Shown here: one piece after another, positions 31,120-32,000 of the stretch
Layout: each line of letters opens with the position of its first letter
Numbering within the stretch: the first letter of the stretch is position 1
DNA from: Megasphaera elsdenii DSM 20460
GTDB taxonomy: Bacteria; Bacillota; Negativicutes; Veillonellales; Megasphaeraceae
Direction of reading: 5' to 3'
Assembly: GCF_003010495.1 (NCBI RefSeq)
Contig: NZ_CP027570.1
Coordinates: 1,800,001 to 1,832,000, forward strand
DNA: 32,000 nucleotides
Position numbers and translations under genes: made by a program
The notes under the pieces: generated by a model
Told to the model about the DNA's origin: nothing
The model's input: the letters and a program-made list of their open reading frames with translations, nothing else
Databases searched by the model: none

Positions 31120-32000
31120 TTGGTGTCTTGGAAATATGCGAATATCAGCAAACTCGCTGACGAATATTCTGACGAACTCAATAACCTCGGCGTTCGCGTA
31201 AGCGCTTTGGAAAACCGCGTCGGCAACGTAAAACTCACCGGTGATGCTCGTATCCGTTACATTCACCAGAGCGAAGGCGATAAAGATAAAGAAGGCAATC
31301 CGGTCAATGCAGCTAAGAAGAACGATGACTCCTGGTCCTACCGTGTCCGCGTCCGCGCTAATGCTCAGGTCAACGACCGTACGAAAGTAACTTACGGTAT
31401 CAGCTCGGATGACAAGACCTTCTCCGATAATTCTCAGGCTTCTGATGAAGATAATGACATCTACACGGATCTCGCTAACGTCGATTACAACTTCGGCGGC
31501 AACAACTGGGACCTCCTTGTAGGCCGTTATGAATACGACATGGGCAATGGCCACGGCTATGGCTTCCTCTATGGCGATACCTTCGACGGCGCTCAGTTGC
31601 AGTATCACAACGACAAATTTGCTGCCACCGCTGGTTATGGTAAATTTAAAGAAGACTCGATGGCTACGGATACCGATGGTGTCAAGACCGGCTACGGTGA
31701 ATTAGATGGCTTCTTCGGCGGTGGCCGTGCAGCTGGTTCGGCCGTTGGTGTTTACTACAACGATTATACTATTGCTGGTGGCAAGGATCGTACAGGTAGC
31801 TTTGGTTTTGATGATTCTTGGGGCGCTTATGCTAGTGCTAATTTCGGTAAATGGAATGCCTTGGCTAACTATGAAAAATATAACAATACGGACAGCTCTA
31901 AGGACGATCCCGAAGTATGGGTTGGCCGCCTGACCTACGGTGCTGCCAACTTCGCTACGCCGAAATCTTGGGACGCTTGGGTTGAATACCTCAATGCTGA
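31120..32000 (+). pseudogene. Second SLH-porin paralogue, 5'-truncated (lacks signal peptide and SLH domain); runs off the window end
   Basis: The frame is open from after TAA 31075-31077 to base 32000. From ~31144 it is colinear with codon ~89 onward of the first porin (ISKLADEYSDELNNLGVRVSALENRVGNVKLTGDARIRY..., ...ATPKSWDAWVEYLNA). Sequence upstream of 31141 is unrelated and AT-rich. Only TTG/GTG at 31120/31123 are available as starts and neither has an RBS. It is absent from the ORF track because it has no ATG and no stop within the window. Confidence 0.6.

Noticed and set aside
31027-31608. 193-aa minus-strand ORF and the 75-aa + ORF (31706-31933) in the last kilobase. Also 28895-29380(-) opposite the first porin.
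   Set aside because: These are shadow or off-frame ORFs of the porin paralogues. The + frame that is colinear with the first porin is open throughout and explains the region.

Overview
This window looks like a chromosomal segment that is mostly housekeeping and almost entirely transcribed on the + strand. It probably comes from a diderm Firmicute (Negativicutes). An SLH-domain outer-membrane porin, a PTP-like phytase and the overall composition suggest a Megasphaera-like organism; this is inference, no search was run. Gene order is: radical-SAM (TIGR01212), phoH, ybeY, era, CNNM/CBS membrane protein, recO | RAYT-like HUH gene (-) | MATE | sulfite/nitrite reductase-family gene (-) | histidine kinase, OmpR-type regulator, ArnT-like GT39/GT83 glycosyltransferase, small His/Trp-rich anchored protein | trmK, NIF3 | thiE | RNase P RNA | lysC plus a 99-aa ORF | acpS | nnr | MBL lipoprotein, DUF3006 | IS3-family element, Rpn-like pseudogene, PTP-like phytase | SLH porin | AT-rich membrane ORF | 5'-truncated second porin copy. 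No defence or other multi-gene novel system is visible. The unusual feature is non-coding. Roughly one eighth of the window, covering nearly every intergenic gap, is filled with a mosaic of recurring hairpin-rich modules. These include GTAG-headed GC-rich palindromes (REP-like), a double-hairpin module, units of 195-450 bp bounded by 40-70 bp inverted repeats, tandem heptanucleotide arrays, a ~372-bp macro-tandem repeat, a sequence-conserved terminator hairpin and a small gene-proximal boundary hairpin. A single gene resembling a REP-associated tyrosine transposase (RAYT) abuts one of these clusters. I propose a REP/BIME-like plus RAYT-like system as the main hypothesis, and it needs genome-wide and biochemical checks. 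All coordinates were counted by hand from the sequence. Product calls rest on motif recognition, not on database searches.
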